The notes below the pieces were generated by a model that was not told where the DNA came from, did no database searches, and saw nothing but the letters and a program-made list of their open reading frames with translations. Positions 24,281 to 34,348 of a DNA stretch of 64,000 bases are shown here, in pieces (within the stretch, counting starts at the first letter, position 1; each line of letters starts with the position of its first letter). The DNA lies in NCBI GenBank assembly GCA_963719085.1, contig CAVRAL010000005.1:128001-192000 (forward strand). The letters are read 5' to 3'. Position numbers and translations under genes: made by a program. Source of the DNA: a candidate division FCPU426 bacterium (lineage in GTDB: Bacteria > Oederibacteriota > Muellerivitia > Muellerivitales > Muellerivitaceae).

Positions 24281-27200
24281 CTAAAAATTCATCGTATAGC
24301 TGGCGTTGCCCTGTTGGCTCAAAACAAACGGATTATCGGCCCTGGAATAGCTCCAATTCACGGCCAAGGTGGTGTTTGAATTCAGGTTCGCCGATAAAGT
24401 CGTCTGAGCGGTCTGGATAGTGGTATCCACTTCCCCACTCGATCCGTTGTATTGGTAGCTGGCGGTCCAACTCAAAAAGTTCCCAGGCCTCCAGGTAAAG
24501 CCCGCCGCCGGGCTATAGGTAAAAACCGTTCCGCCTTCCAAATGATCCACCGTCTCCGTAAAGCCGCCCTGTTCATAAATCGACAATTCTTTCGAAAGTT
24601 GTTCGTTGACCTTCAGGCTGAAGGTATGGGCCGTGGTGAAAGCGTTCAAACTGTTGGTCGAGAATGTCGTGTTAAAGGTATCGGGACCGTAGGGCAAAAG
24701 CGGATTGGCGATATTGCCCTGGCCCGGCGAGACTTGGTTGAGTTGGTTATAGGTGTGGCTAAGGGTGAAGGTGAAAATCGGCCCCGCAGTCCAAGCCACG
24801 GCGTCGTTTTCCGTTTGGGTCAGGGTTTGGGTCGCGATGGTCGCCCCGCCGGACAGGTTTTGTTGTTCCTCGTTCACCCTTTTGTAACTGACCTGCGCGT
24901 TCACCTGTCCCAGTGGTTTTTGTCCGGTCAGGTTGGTGGTTTCGGTTTGCTGGTAAAAATTCAGCGGAAACCCGGCGGTGGAGCTGTCCCAGGTCCAATA
25001 TTGATCCAAGGTATAGTCGGCGGAAAAGGTTCCAAAGCCGGGGGTCAAAGCGGCTTTGTAGTATTGATGCAAGTTTTCAGAAACGGTCACACCATCCGGC
25101 ACCAGGATATCCAGTTGAAAGGAAGGCTGGGTGGTCAGCTTCAGCCAAGTCAGCGGCGTCATTTCCAAGGAACCCGATCCGGTATGCAAGTCTTCCGGAA
25201 CCGTGGCGCCCAAAGCCTGGGTTTGCTGGAATTGCAGGCTGTAACTGCCGTTGGAATTCAGCCACTTCAGGGGATCGGTTTGGTAAGTGGCCGAAACCTG
25301 GGCTTGGGGCGGCCCCGGCGGCGCGTTGGAATAGGATCCTTTCCCGGTCAAGGTCAGGTGGTCAAGGGGCTTCCCTTCCATCGTAAAGTTATAAGTTTGG
25401 GACGGGATATTGTTGCCCGGCGCGGTTTGGGGAACCGAGGTGTTGGTTCCCGCTTCCACGATGTCGGTAAGTTTCCACTCCCCCGAAAGGTCGAAATTAA
25501 AATTTTTCCATTTCACGCTGGAAACTTCCGCGCTCCCGCCATAGGAATTATTCTCGCCCAGGTTGGTGCCCGTCTGGCTTTCCTGCAAGGCGCTGGTCTT
25601 TAAGGACAGGCTGGCCGGCAGGGTCCAAATCAAACTGGCCGTGTTGCGCAGGTCGCCCTGGGTCATGGGGCTTAGGGGATTGGCCTGGGTTTCCTGGCTG
25701 TTGTAATAAACATAATCAAACTCGGGCCAGCCGCCGGGCTTGTCCCTGGCTTCACCATGATCCGTGGTGGTTTCGTCCTCGTATCCCAAACTGGAATTCC
25801 GTTGGTAGGTCCGGTCCACCTGCGCGTAAAAATTCGCGCCCGCCTTATAGTCGGCCTGGGCCATCCAATTTAAAGTATCCCCGCTGGTCAAAAGATTGCC
25901 GATGCTGGTGAAGTTAGGGCTGGTGCCTGAAATTTTTCCCACGAGATGAAAGGGACCCTGAAAAGTCTCGCCGTCCAAATAATAAGCCGCCCCTTCCAGG
26001 GACGGCGCTAAAGCCGGGTCCAGGCTTTCTTGGATTGAGCCGTCAATTTCCCCGCTCAACTTCAAGCGCGGCCCCAAGTTTAAAGTACTGTCCAATTCCA
26101 AGATGTGGGTATCAGCCGCCACCTGTCCTGTCGCCGTGGTCACATTGGCGTCAGGCTGTTCGATCTGGCCCAAGTAACCCTGGCCGATCACCCATTGGAC
26201 CTCCGAGGGGGATACCGTCGCCCCCTGCGGGGGCAATGCCTGCGTCGACAGACCTCCGCCTACCGGAGCCGCCGTGAGCGATGTGGACGCCATCGCCGAA
26301 ACCGGCTGTCCCGGAACAGTTAACGGGACTCCCGCGAAATTACGGTTGACCAGGGACGGCGGAGACGCGGAGCTACTCGAGGGCAGGCTGTCCACCTTCC
26401 CGATCAAGGCCACGTCCGCGTGGTACCCAAAAATTTGGGTGTTGAAAACCGAACTACTGCTTTCGGCCGTCACTTCCACCACGTCCGTCAACTGAATGAC
26501 CCGGCTGATGAAGGTCAATTGGCCCAGGGTATAGTCCAGGCTGTAGTCCGTGCCTCGGGCGAGCTTTTGCCCGTTCAGGGTCACCACTTCGCTTCCCGGC
26601 ACCAGCGGCACCGTGGGGATCAGATAGGGGCCCTGGGTGTTGTTCCCGAAAAACTTGTCGTAAACGGGCCTGCCTTGGGGCGTGGCGTAAAGGGCCGTCA
26701 CATCCCAATTGTCATAATGGCCGGTCAACTTAAGCCCCGTCGTGGAAAGTCCGCTGGAAAGAAATTGGCTTCCCGGAAGGGAGGCCGAAAAATCCCCGAA
26801 ATAAAGATCCCAGTGCTTGGTCGAAAGGGTCAGGTCATACTCGTCCTGTAAGGCCAGGTCCGACTGGGCGAAATTGCCCGAAATTTTCACCTCGTCATTC
26901 AACTGCCCTTCCATGTGAAGCGTCAGGGTCTCGTTCCGGTTATAGCCCGTGTTGGTGATGCCCGTCGTGGTATTCCCCTGGGCCTCGGAATAAGAGAGAT
27001 TGATGGTCTTGGACCCGGTTACCTTAAAGGTCGGCGTCTTTATAACCGTCGGGGACGGCGAGGGAGTGGTCTTGACCGTGGGAACCGGCGTCGCCGCCGT
27101 GACCGGCGAAGACGGCGGGGCCTGGGGTGTCGGGGGGCTGGTCACGACGACAGGGGTGGTTTGGCTTTGAAGGGTTTCCCTTTCTTGCGTGACCTGTTGC

Positions 27201-27571
27201 GGCGATTTATCGGCGATGCCCACCAAAACTTCCTCGCTGGGAAACAAAATCGTTTGACCCGGATGGATCAAATCGGGGTTCGGAATGGAGTTGAATTTTA
27301 AAAATAAAGGCCACAACCAGGGCTTTCCGTAAAAGGAATCCGCCAAATCCCAAAGGGTGTCGTCTTGTTCGATGGTGTATTGTTTTAACACCGGCACCGC
27401 CGGAACCGGGGTGGACAAAACCAGCGCTGTTGGAACCGGACTCACCGCGGCAGGAACCGATGCCAAAGGGACTATCGCCGTCGGCGCGGGGGTTTGACCC
27501 CAGGCTTTTAAACCCGGCAAAGCCAGCCCCGTGATGATTCCGTAAAGTGAAAGGTAAAAAAAACGTTTCAT
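24281..27571 (-). CDS. Large outer-membrane beta-barrel protein with N-terminal LysM and a SprA-like motif region
   Basis: LysM: YTIEQDDTLWDLADSFYGKPWLWPLFLKFNSIPNPDLIHPGQTILFP. Motif QGPYLI...VPGSEVVTLNGQKLARGTDYSLDYTLGQLTF. Alternating beta-strand pattern and C-terminal Phe. ATG at 27571 overlaps the upstream stop (ATGA). Confidence 0.8.
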   Translation of the reverse strand: MKRFFYLSLYGIITGLALPGLKAWGQTPAPTAIVPLASVPAAVSPVPTALVLSTPVPAVPVLKQYTIEQDDTLWDLADSFYGKPWLWPLFLKFNSIPNPDLIHPGQTILFPSEEVLVGIADKSPQQVTQERETLQSQTTPVVVTSPPTPQAPPSSPVTAATPVPTVKTTPSPSPTVIKTPTFKVTGSKTINLSYSEAQGNTTTGITNTGYNRNETLTLHMEGQLNDEVKISGNFAQSDLALQDEYDLTLSTKHWDLYFGDFSASLPGSQFLSSGLSTTGLKLTGHYDNWDVTALYATPQGRPVYDKFFGNNTQGPYLIPTVPLVPGSEVVTLNGQKLARGTDYSLDYTLGQLTFISRVIQLTDVVEVTAESSSSVFNTQIFGYHADVALIGKVDSLPSSSSASPPSLVNRNFAGVPLTVPGQPVSAMASTSLTAAPVGGGLSTQALPPQGATVSPSEVQWVIGQGYLGQIEQPDANVTTATGQVAADTHILELDSTLNLGPRLKLSGEIDGSIQESLDPALAPSLEGAAYYLDGETFQGPFHLVGKISGTSPNFTSIGNLLTSGDTLNWMAQADYKAGANFYAQVDRTYQRNSSLGYEDETTTDHGEARDKPGGWPEFDYVYYNSQETQANPLSPMTQGDLRNTASLIWTLPASLSLKTSALQESQTGTNLGENNSYGGSAEVSSVKWKNFNFDLSGEWKLTDIVEAGTNTSVPQTAPGNNIPSQTYNFTMEGKPLDHLTLTGKGSYSNAPPGPPQAQVSATYQTDPLKWLNSNGSYSLQFQQTQALGATVPEDLHTGSGSLEMTPLTWLKLTTQPSFQLDILVPDGVTVSENLHQYYKAALTPGFGTFSADYTLDQYWTWDSSTAGFPLNFYQQTETTNLTGQKPLGQVNAQVSYKRVNEEQQNLSGGATIATQTLTQTENDAVAWTAGPIFTFTLSHTYNQLNQVSPGQGNIANPLLPYGPDTFNTTFSTNSLNAFTTAHTFSLKVNEQLSKELSIYEQGGFTETVDHLEGGTVFTYSPAAGFTWRPGNFLSWTASYQYNGSSGEVDTTIQTAQTTLSANLNSNTTLAVNWSYSRADNPFVLSQQGNASYTMNF

Positions 27572-28746
27572 GAGCCCGGTAAAGCTCCCCACCCGCCCAC
27601 GGTGATCTTGAAGCGGCTTTCCACGGGCGCTTCAGCGTTTAGTTGGTAATGAACCACCTGATTCTGTTCGGCGTCGATGAGGAAAAGCTGATCGTTCCAA
27701 AGGCTTAAGGCCGTGGGTTTGACGGCGCCATCCGTGGCCAGGGTTTGAAAAACCCCGCCGTTCCCGTCCAAAAGATAAATCAGCGCCTGGGACGAGTCGC
27801 TGACGAGGGCGAAATCCTGCGGGCTCACCGCCATGCCCGCCACCGCTCCAAAGGCCGGGACCGGCTTCAAGGAACCGGTCACGCCGCCCGTTGAATTTAA
27901 AATCTGGACCTGGGTCTTATTGGTCCTGATCCAATAGTTCCCGTTGATTTGAAGAAAAGGGCCGTCGTTGCCCAGCGAAAAGGGAGAGCCCAGTTCATCC
28001 AATACGCCGCCCGTACTGGTGATGTGAAAAAGAATTCCTTGGCCCGAATCCGAAACCCAAAAATCGGCGGCTCCGCCTTTTTGGATGAAAACCGGGCTCT
28101 GAAATCCCAAAGCCAGCTGGTTGGAAGGGGTCACCTGGACGCCGGTTAACTGCCGCACCTCCCCCAGGTAAATTCCCCGGCTGTCAAAACGGGCCAACCG
28201 TTGGTTTTGGGAATCGCAAACGGTCAATAGGAGCCCGTCCCAATCCACATCCGTGGGCTGGCTCAGCCCGGAGCTTCCCCCGCCAAACTGGCCGACTGAC
28301 TGTAGAAACGCGCCTGTATCGGTCAAAAGCTGAACCCGCTGGTTGCCCGTATCCGCGACCGCCACCGTCAAACGGGCCCCCTGGGGGTAAGCGCAAAGAC
28401 CCTCAGGATTTAAAAAGCGGCCGGGCCCCGCGCCCAAACCGCCGAAGGCGCCCATCCATTTCAAGTCCCAACGCGCCAATGTCAAAACCGCCGTGTAATC
28501 CCCCGCCGGCAAGGTCTCGCCCTTGTCATCCCGGCCGTCCCATTGGGTCTTCAAGGATCCCACGGGAAAAGCTTTATCCTTTTCCAAGACCCGGACCGTT
28601 TGCCCCGCCGCGTCCATGATCCGGATCGTTCCCAATCCGCTTTGATCGACCTCAAACTGCGCCGGATACAGCCGTACGGGTATGCTTTTCATTTCCACGC
28701 AACCCGGCAGGAACGCCAAGGCCAAAATCCAAACCCATTTTTTCAT
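27568..28746 (-). CDS. Lipoprotein with a FlgD-Ig domain and an NHL-repeat propeller
   Basis: Lipobox-like LPGC. FlgD motif TQWDGRDDKGETLPAGDY. NHL motifs GRFLNPEGL...VADTGNQRVQ. Confidence 0.85.
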   Translation of the reverse strand: MKKWVWILALAFLPGCVEMKSIPVRLYPAQFEVDQSGLGTIRIMDAAGQTVRVLEKDKAFPVGSLKTQWDGRDDKGETLPAGDYTAVLTLARWDLKWMGAFGGLGAGPGRFLNPEGLCAYPQGARLTVAVADTGNQRVQLLTDTGAFLQSVGQFGGGSSGLSQPTDVDWDGLLLTVCDSQNQRLARFDSRGIYLGEVRQLTGVQVTPSNQLALGFQSPVFIQKGGAADFWVSDSGQGILFHITSTGGVLDELGSPFSLGNDGPFLQINGNYWIRTNKTQVQILNSTGGVTGSLKPVPAFGAVAGMAVSPQDFALVSDSSQALIYLLDGNGGVFQTLATDGAVKPTALSLWNDQLFLIDAEQNQVVHYQLNAEAPVESRFKITVGGWGALPGS

Positions 28747-28798
28747 TCGCACGCGCCTTCTCCTCTCATCCATTCAAGCTGTCGCCCCGTCAAGCCCG

Positions 28799-29743
28799 TC
28801 ACCACTTCACGCTTAAGGTCAAACGCGAAGGATATCCATCGGCCGCCTGGGCGAGGTAGGTGTAATCCACCCTCACTTCCTTGAAAACTTTTTCCGGGTG
28901 CGCGACCAGCCCGACCCCCAAACTGGCGGTCTGGTTGTTCGCCCCTAGCCTTAGGAAAACATTGTCGAGCCAGGACGCTTCTAACCCGCCGCCCCATCGG
29001 GTCGCGGCGTCGTCCCAAAGGTCTTTTTGAATTCCGGGCTCGAGAGTGAAGGAGACGGGGCCCACACGGGCCCATTTCCAAGCGCAAGCCGCGGCCCATT
29101 GGCCCAGAATCATTTCGGGAGGACTGCCGTCATTAAAGCGGATGACACGGTTGCCCGGGTCGCTCAAGACGAATCCCAACCGGGCGTTCTTCCCCAACGC
29201 CAAGTCCGCGGCCAAGTCCAACCCCCAGCCCGAACCTTCCGTGCTCGCGAAATCCACTAGGTCGTATTTGAGGCTGGCGCCCAGGGATAGAAAGCCGAAT
29301 TGGGCCGCCGCGGAGGCGTAGAAACGGTTGTCGCTTTGGGTAAAAAAACCGAGGACTTGGGTGAGCGGCTGGCCCGTGGAAGGATCCACTTCGACCTGTC
29401 CGTTGGAATCGCGCACAATGCCGTATTCCACTTGGTTCTGGACCGCCAGGGCATCCCATCCGAATCCCAGCGCGATCCCCGGCAAGAGGGGAAAACCCCC
29501 GCTGACCTGAAAGTCAAACTGGTCCACGGCAAAGCGGTTTTGGGTGTACGCGGTTTCGAGGGAGTCGGCGAGGGTCAGCAAAGCGGGATTGACGAAAACA
29601 GAAGTGGCCACCGGGCTGTCGGCGATCGCCAAACCACCCAAAGCCAAGTCGCGGGCATCCGTCACGGTCTGAGCCGCTCCCGAACCTACCGATAAAAGGC
29701 CGCCATATATGGAAAGGATAATTAAACCAAAAAGCTTATTCAT
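28799..29743 (-). CDS. PorV/FadL-like outer-membrane beta-barrel (PorV/PorQ family)
   Basis: N-terminal ARDLALGGLA...SVFVNPALL resembles the PorV-family ARxxxMGxA...xxxNPAxL motif. GWGLDLA, LRLG and C-terminal RLTLSVKW are also present. Confidence 0.75.
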   Translation of the reverse strand: MNKLFGLIILSIYGGLLSVGSGAAQTVTDARDLALGGLAIADSPVATSVFVNPALLTLADSLETAYTQNRFAVDQFDFQVSGGFPLLPGIALGFGWDALAVQNQVEYGIVRDSNGQVEVDPSTGQPLTQVLGFFTQSDNRFYASAAAQFGFLSLGASLKYDLVDFASTEGSGWGLDLAADLALGKNARLGFVLSDPGNRVIRFNDGSPPEMILGQWAAACAWKWARVGPVSFTLEPGIQKDLWDDAATRWGGGLEASWLDNVFLRLGANNQTASLGVGLVAHPEKVFKEVRVDYTYLAQAADGYPSRLTLSVKW

Positions 29744-29910
29744 ACGCGGGCATTCTAAAACACAAAAAACAAAATCGCTCTATTTTTTGTGCTTTGAAAT
29801 GCCGCGGGCCTTTTGGCTTTCAAGGTTGAAAAACGGGACTACCGGAAACCGGAGGATCAACCTGTCTTTTTAAGGGGCGCAGCCTTCATGGCATCCCCGC
29901 CCCTTGCTTT

Positions 29911-30030
29911 TTATTTCGAGGGAATTTCAGCGGCGGCCGCGACAGGCTTCAAATGCCGGGTCTTTTTGCGCTCAATGCGCTTCACCATAAATTCGGTCTT
30001 TGGTTTTTTGGGCCCTTTTTTCTTGGTCAT
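29911..30030 (-). CDS. 39-aa Lys-rich small protein (not in the ORF track)
   Basis: AGGAGG RBS, then ATG: MTKKKGPKKPKTEFMVKRIERKKTRHLKPVAAAAEIPSK*. Confidence 0.55.
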   Translation of the reverse strand: MTKKKGPKKPKTEFMVKRIERKKTRHLKPVAAAAEIPSK

Positions 30031-30184
30031 TCGCGTCCTCCTGGAATTGGGTTGTGGAAAGCGAATGCCAATCGATCAGGAAAGAAAAAATCCCAAAGAC
30101 CCGCCCATTCGATGATCACGGGATCATCCTAGGGGGCTGGAGCTCGAATAGATACCTCTTATCCGTCTTTTGTCCCCCAAGACC

Positions 30185-31039
30185 TCAAGGCGGAGAAGGC
30201 ACCGAGTCGTCGTAATGACCGGGAGTGGGCGTAGGCGGGAAAGTCGTGTCCACATAAGTCGTCTTCGCGCCGCAAGCCTTATTGACCGAAACCGAGAAAT
30301 GGTTGCTGGTAAAGGGCACGCCCGGGGCGCGCATCTCATTACCCGCCTCGACCGCGTACAGGTACCAATCCGGTTTAAGGTAGCCGCGGGAAATCGAATC
30401 GTTCAAGAAATCCCCGATCGCCAGGTTCTTCACCGAGGTGGCGGGCGTCTTGGCCAAATAAGCGATGTATTTCCACTTGTTATTCCCCGAGCCCGCGTCC
30501 ATCCACCAAAGTTCCCAGGTTTTTCCGCTGATCGTCACCGGACCCGCGTCGTATTGCCAGCCGTTGGTATCGCGGTAGTCCATCCAAATCATGAGCTCGG
30601 CCCCGCCGTTGAACCCCGAAGCGGACCCGCATTGGTTGTCGGGACAAACCCAAATATCATAAGCCGTATCCCAGCTCCCGGTATTGGGAGGGGTGAAGTC
30701 CCAATCACTGGTGACGCACTGAAGCGAGCGCAAAGGAGCCGGCAGATCGGTTTGGGCCGTGGTCACACCCCAGGCCCTTCCATAAACGATGGAAGGATAA
30801 CTGGAAACGCTGGGACAGGTGGAGGTGGATTCGGTCACGCTGAAAGATCCCGTCTGGTCGTCGATATTCACGCATTGGACGCCGGGACAAAGGCTATTGT
30901 TCCAGTAATCCGTTTGAACCACATAGGGCCCCACGGCCACATTTTTAAAGGGCTCGCAGGTGCTGATCACTTTGGCGCCGGAAATCATCGGCGTCAAAAG
31001 ACAGGCGAGGGCAAAGAAGGCTTTGTTTATGTTTTTCAC
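30185..31039 (-). CDS. Secreted GH12 endoglucanase
   Basis: SYPSIVYG, WDTAYDIW and the catalytic-Glu motifs GAELMIWM and VEAGNEM. Signal peptide. Confidence 0.9.
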   Translation of the reverse strand: MKNINKAFFALACLLTPMISGAKVISTCEPFKNVAVGPYVVQTDYWNNSLCPGVQCVNIDDQTGSFSVTESTSTCPSVSSYPSIVYGRAWGVTTAQTDLPAPLRSLQCVTSDWDFTPPNTGSWDTAYDIWVCPDNQCGSASGFNGGAELMIWMDYRDTNGWQYDAGPVTISGKTWELWWMDAGSGNNKWKYIAYLAKTPATSVKNLAIGDFLNDSISRGYLKPDWYLYAVEAGNEMRAPGVPFTSNHFSVSVNKACGAKTTYVDTTFPPTPTPGHYDDSVPSPP

Positions 31040-31082
31040 CCAGGGATTTTATCATCCGGCAGGTTTAAAAGGGCATCGATTT

Positions 31083-32519
31083 CTAGCGGAAACCGCCCAG
31101 CCCGGCCGCCAATCCATCCACCGTCCATTGGGTGTGGAGGCAATTCAAAATCTTCCAGGCGTCCTCCGGGATGAGCTTTCCCTTTTCGGCGATTGGAGCC
31201 GAACCCAAGTAATAAAGCGAGAATTTTCGGCGGATCGACTCGTCGGTTTGAATTTGACCCGTCAAAGCTAAAAGCGAGGCGCCGTCATAGCCCCTCAGCC
31301 CATAAGCCTTGTCAAAATCATATTCCAGTTCCCACTGGGCGCCGGCCGCGGACTTCGCCTCGTTTAGATTCACCAAATCATAGGTCGCCATATCTTGGAT
31401 GGCCCCGGTCCCCCGGTCATAAAGAGCGACTTGAAACCCCGGCCGGTTCCCGCGGATCGGGCTCACCGCGGGACAGATATGGATAAAGAAAGCCGGCGCG
31501 CCTTGGCCTTCGCCCAAAACCCTAAAATCATCCATGTGGGTATGGCCCGCGAATCCCGAAACCAAAATTCCAGGATAGGCCTTCACCAAGTCCAGGAACC
31601 GCTTCTCGTAATCCGGTGTCCAAAAAAGCTGGGCCGCGCCGGCGGAAGGCCCTCCGGAGCTGAGCTTCATGTAAGTGCCGAAAACATCCGCCGCCGGGGG
31701 GATATGCATCACCAGTTGAACCTTCCGGTTATCGGCTCGGGCCTTTTTCAATTGGCTCTCCAGCCAATCCATGCCGGCCTTTCCCGGGTCGCCGTTTTCC
31801 GGATGACAGGAATCCGGCGAGAAACGGCTGGACCAATAGACATCATTTAAAATGATCAGTTCCATTCCCGGCACGATGGGATGCGGCACCGTGTAATTCC
31901 CGGTTTCAGAAAAACTTTCAGCCGCGTCCGGATGGCCCGCCAGCAGGCCCCATTCTTGGGACAGCCGGGTTAAAAAATCACTGTGGGTGGCAATCATATA
32001 ATCGCCGCATTCCGAGTCGTTATTGCCAAGGCAAAAATAAACCGGCAACCCCGGGAAGTTTTTGTCGATTTCCCGCGCGACAAAAATCTCGGTCTTGAGC
32101 ACGAAATGCTCGTAGGCTTTTTCGTCTTTTCCTCCCAAGGGCTCAAAGAGTTTGCGGGATTCATGCACCAAATAGTCGCCGGTAAAAACCGCGTAATCGT
32201 AAGGACCCAGGCTTTTGGCTTCTCGCAAAAACGAAAGCATCAGGGGCCAATTGGAGTCTTTTCCATAGGGGGCCAAACCCGGGGACTTGGAGGAATTAAG
32301 GAGCGCTTCCCAATCCTCCACGGGATGCCGAATCAAATCGGGGACTAACGCGGGATCGGCGAAGGGATCGAAATGGAGGTCCGACATCATCAGAAAGGTT
32401 CCCTGGGAAGCGGAAATTTTCCCGCCGCCCCAGGGAAGCGCGGCGCCCGCCAAAGCAAAAGAAGGAAAAACAACGAGAAAAAATAAAAAAACCAGCCAGC
32501 GTGAAAAACGCCATCCCAT
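31083..32519 (-). CDS. Secreted acid-sphingomyelinase-like metallophosphoesterase
   Basis: SDLHFDP, TGDYLVH, LGNNDS, HIPP and GHTHMDDF motifs. Confidence 0.88.
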   Translation of the reverse strand: MGWRFSRWLVFLFFLVVFPSFALAGAALPWGGGKISASQGTFLMMSDLHFDPFADPALVPDLIRHPVEDWEALLNSSKSPGLAPYGKDSNWPLMLSFLREAKSLGPYDYAVFTGDYLVHESRKLFEPLGGKDEKAYEHFVLKTEIFVAREIDKNFPGLPVYFCLGNNDSECGDYMIATHSDFLTRLSQEWGLLAGHPDAAESFSETGNYTVPHPIVPGMELIILNDVYWSSRFSPDSCHPENGDPGKAGMDWLESQLKKARADNRKVQLVMHIPPAADVFGTYMKLSSGGPSAGAAQLFWTPDYEKRFLDLVKAYPGILVSGFAGHTHMDDFRVLGEGQGAPAFFIHICPAVSPIRGNRPGFQVALYDRGTGAIQDMATYDLVNLNEAKSAAGAQWELEYDFDKAYGLRGYDGASLLALTGQIQTDESIRRKFSLYYLGSAPIAEKGKLIPEDAWKILNCLHTQWTVDGLAAGLGGFR

Positions 32520-32593
32520 ATAAAAGTCCCCCTTCCGGCATCGGTCTATCCGAGGCTACAAGTTGGGGGACCTATTGACAAGTCAACTCGAGG

Positions 32594-33136
32594 TTACTTT
32601 TGGAAGAGTTTCAGGTATTTCCCGTAGCCTTCCTTTTCCAAATCCGCCTTGGGGATAAACCGCAAAGCCGCCGAATTGATGCAATAGCGCAGTCCCGTCG
32701 GCCCGGGGCCGTCATCGAATACGTGGCCCAAATGGCAATCGGCGGCTTTACTGCGCACCTCGGTTCGTTCCATGAACAGGCTGTTGTCGCTTTTATTCAC
32801 CACCTCCCCTTTTTCCAAGGGTTTGGTGAAGCTGGGCCATCCGGTTCCGGAATCAAACTTGTCCAAGGAACTGAATAAGGCCTCGCCGGAAACCACGTCC
32901 ACGTAAATGCCCTCGGCGTGGTTGTCCCAGTATTCGTTTTGAAACGGCGGTTCGGTGCCGTTTTCCTGCGTGACTTGATATTGAAGCGGCGTCAGTTTTT
33001 TCATCAGTTCCTCCTTGCTGTATTTTTTATAACCCGGTCCAACGGTTGGCGTAACGGCAATGCCCGCGGCCCGCGCCGGGTGGAATTGAAAGAAAAAGAC
33101 CATCAGCGCCGCCATTCCCCACTTAAACGCTTTCAT
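32594..33136 (-). CDS. msrB: Peptide-methionine (R)-S-oxide reductase with signal peptide
   Basis: [21 protein letters not shown] and RYCINSAAL. Confidence 0.95.
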   Translation of the reverse strand: MKAFKWGMAALMVFFFQFHPARAAGIAVTPTVGPGYKKYSKEELMKKLTPLQYQVTQENGTEPPFQNEYWDNHAEGIYVDVVSGEALFSSLDKFDSGTGWPSFTKPLEKGEVVNKSDNSLFMERTEVRSKAADCHLGHVFDDGPGPTGLRYCINSAALRFIPKADLEKEGYGKYLKLFQK

Positions 33137-33297
33137 TCTCGCCGCCTTCCGGTTAGGTTCCTATCCGTCAAGGAGTTTTACCGGAAACGCGCTCAAAAAG
33201 TTACCGGTTAAATTTAGGTTTAAATCCAAGGGGCCCACCCCCATTCCGAACTAGGCGGGAAGACCGCTCCAGCCTATAATTTCTTTCAATTCAAACC

Positions 33298-34329
33298 TTG
33301 CCCAATCTTAGTCATTTTTGGAACTCGACCTTGTTGAAACCCTTTTCCAAACCCGCCTTTTGGGCCCTGCGGAAAACCGCCGAACGGCTCCCGGACGGGC
33401 CCCTGGCCTGCCGATTGATTAGTCTGCCTTGCTTTCTTAAATTTCACCGGCGCCTCCCCCGAAAACCCGATCACCCCCGGGCGACTTTCGCCGATACCAT
33501 TTTTTCCAGGGCCGCCGGGCCTTGGACGAAACTTCAAAGGCAATGCGTCGACAAGGATCAAGCCAAACCGATCGCCCAATCCCTTTGTCCCCGGGTGAGG
33601 ACCATCCCCACGGTCGCCCGATTGGGCCTCACCGGCCGAACCCGCTTAAAGGAAGTTGAGGCTTTTCTTCGTCCCTTTATGGGAAAACAACTGGTCGCCA
33701 AACCCGCCCATTCCTCGGGAGGCGTGGTCTTGTTGGACCGGGTTCAGCCCGGACAGGTTGAAAAACTTTTCCAAATCGCCCGGCGGGATCATTTCCTGGT
33801 CGGCGGCGAGGGGCAATATCGAAACTTGCCGCGGAAAATATTGGTGGAAAAGTCCCTTGCCCCCAAGGGCCAGGCGCCCCCGGCGGACTATCGTTTTTAT
33901 TGCTCAAAAGGAAAAGCTTGGTTCGGGGCCGCCGATGTCGGCCGCTTTGTGGACCTGCGGGAATACCATTTCACGGTTCCCCGGTTCGCGCCCGTCTATG
34001 TCCAAACCCATGGCCGGTTGCCTTTACGGATTCCCACCCAGCCGCCCCGTTTCCGGGAAATGATCCGAATCGCCGAAACCCTGTCCAAGCCCTTTGATTT
34101 CGTCCGAGTCGATCTTTACCAGACTTCCAAAGGAATTTACTTCGGGGAATTCACCTTCACCCCCCTGGCGGGATATATCAAACTTTCCAATGTCGATTTA
34201 TCGCGGTGGCTGGCGCGTAAGGTCCTGAACCCGGAAGGAACGGCTGATTTTCCCCGGGAGTGGACGGTTAAAAAAAATCCGTCCAAATACCCCGGGATTC
34301 TTCAACTTCAAAAAAAAATCACTGTTTAA
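33298..34329 (+). CDS. TupA-like ATP-grasp protein
   Basis: KPAHSSG, ILVEK, DYRFYC and FDFVRVDLY...IYFGEFTFTP. Confidence 0.85.
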   Translation: MPNLSHFWNSTLLKPFSKPAFWALRKTAERLPDGPLACRLISLPCFLKFHRRLPRKPDHPRATFADTIFSRAAGPWTKLQRQCVDKDQAKPIAQSLCPRVRTIPTVARLGLTGRTRLKEVEAFLRPFMGKQLVAKPAHSSGGVVLLDRVQPGQVEKLFQIARRDHFLVGGEGQYRNLPRKILVEKSLAPKGQAPPADYRFYCSKGKAWFGAADVGRFVDLREYHFTVPRFAPVYVQTHGRLPLRIPTQPPRFREMIRIAETLSKPFDFVRVDLYQTSKGIYFGEFTFTPLAGYIKLSNVDLSRWLARKVLNPEGTADFPREWTVKKNPSKYPGILQLQKKITV

Positions 34330-34348
34330 ACGCGGCGCTTTTACGGGG

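Noticed and set aside
33298..34329. TupA-like ATP-grasp gene as part of a polysaccharide or peptide biosynthetic cluster
   Set aside because: It is an orphan here, with no glycosyltransferase, flippase or precursor gene adjacent.
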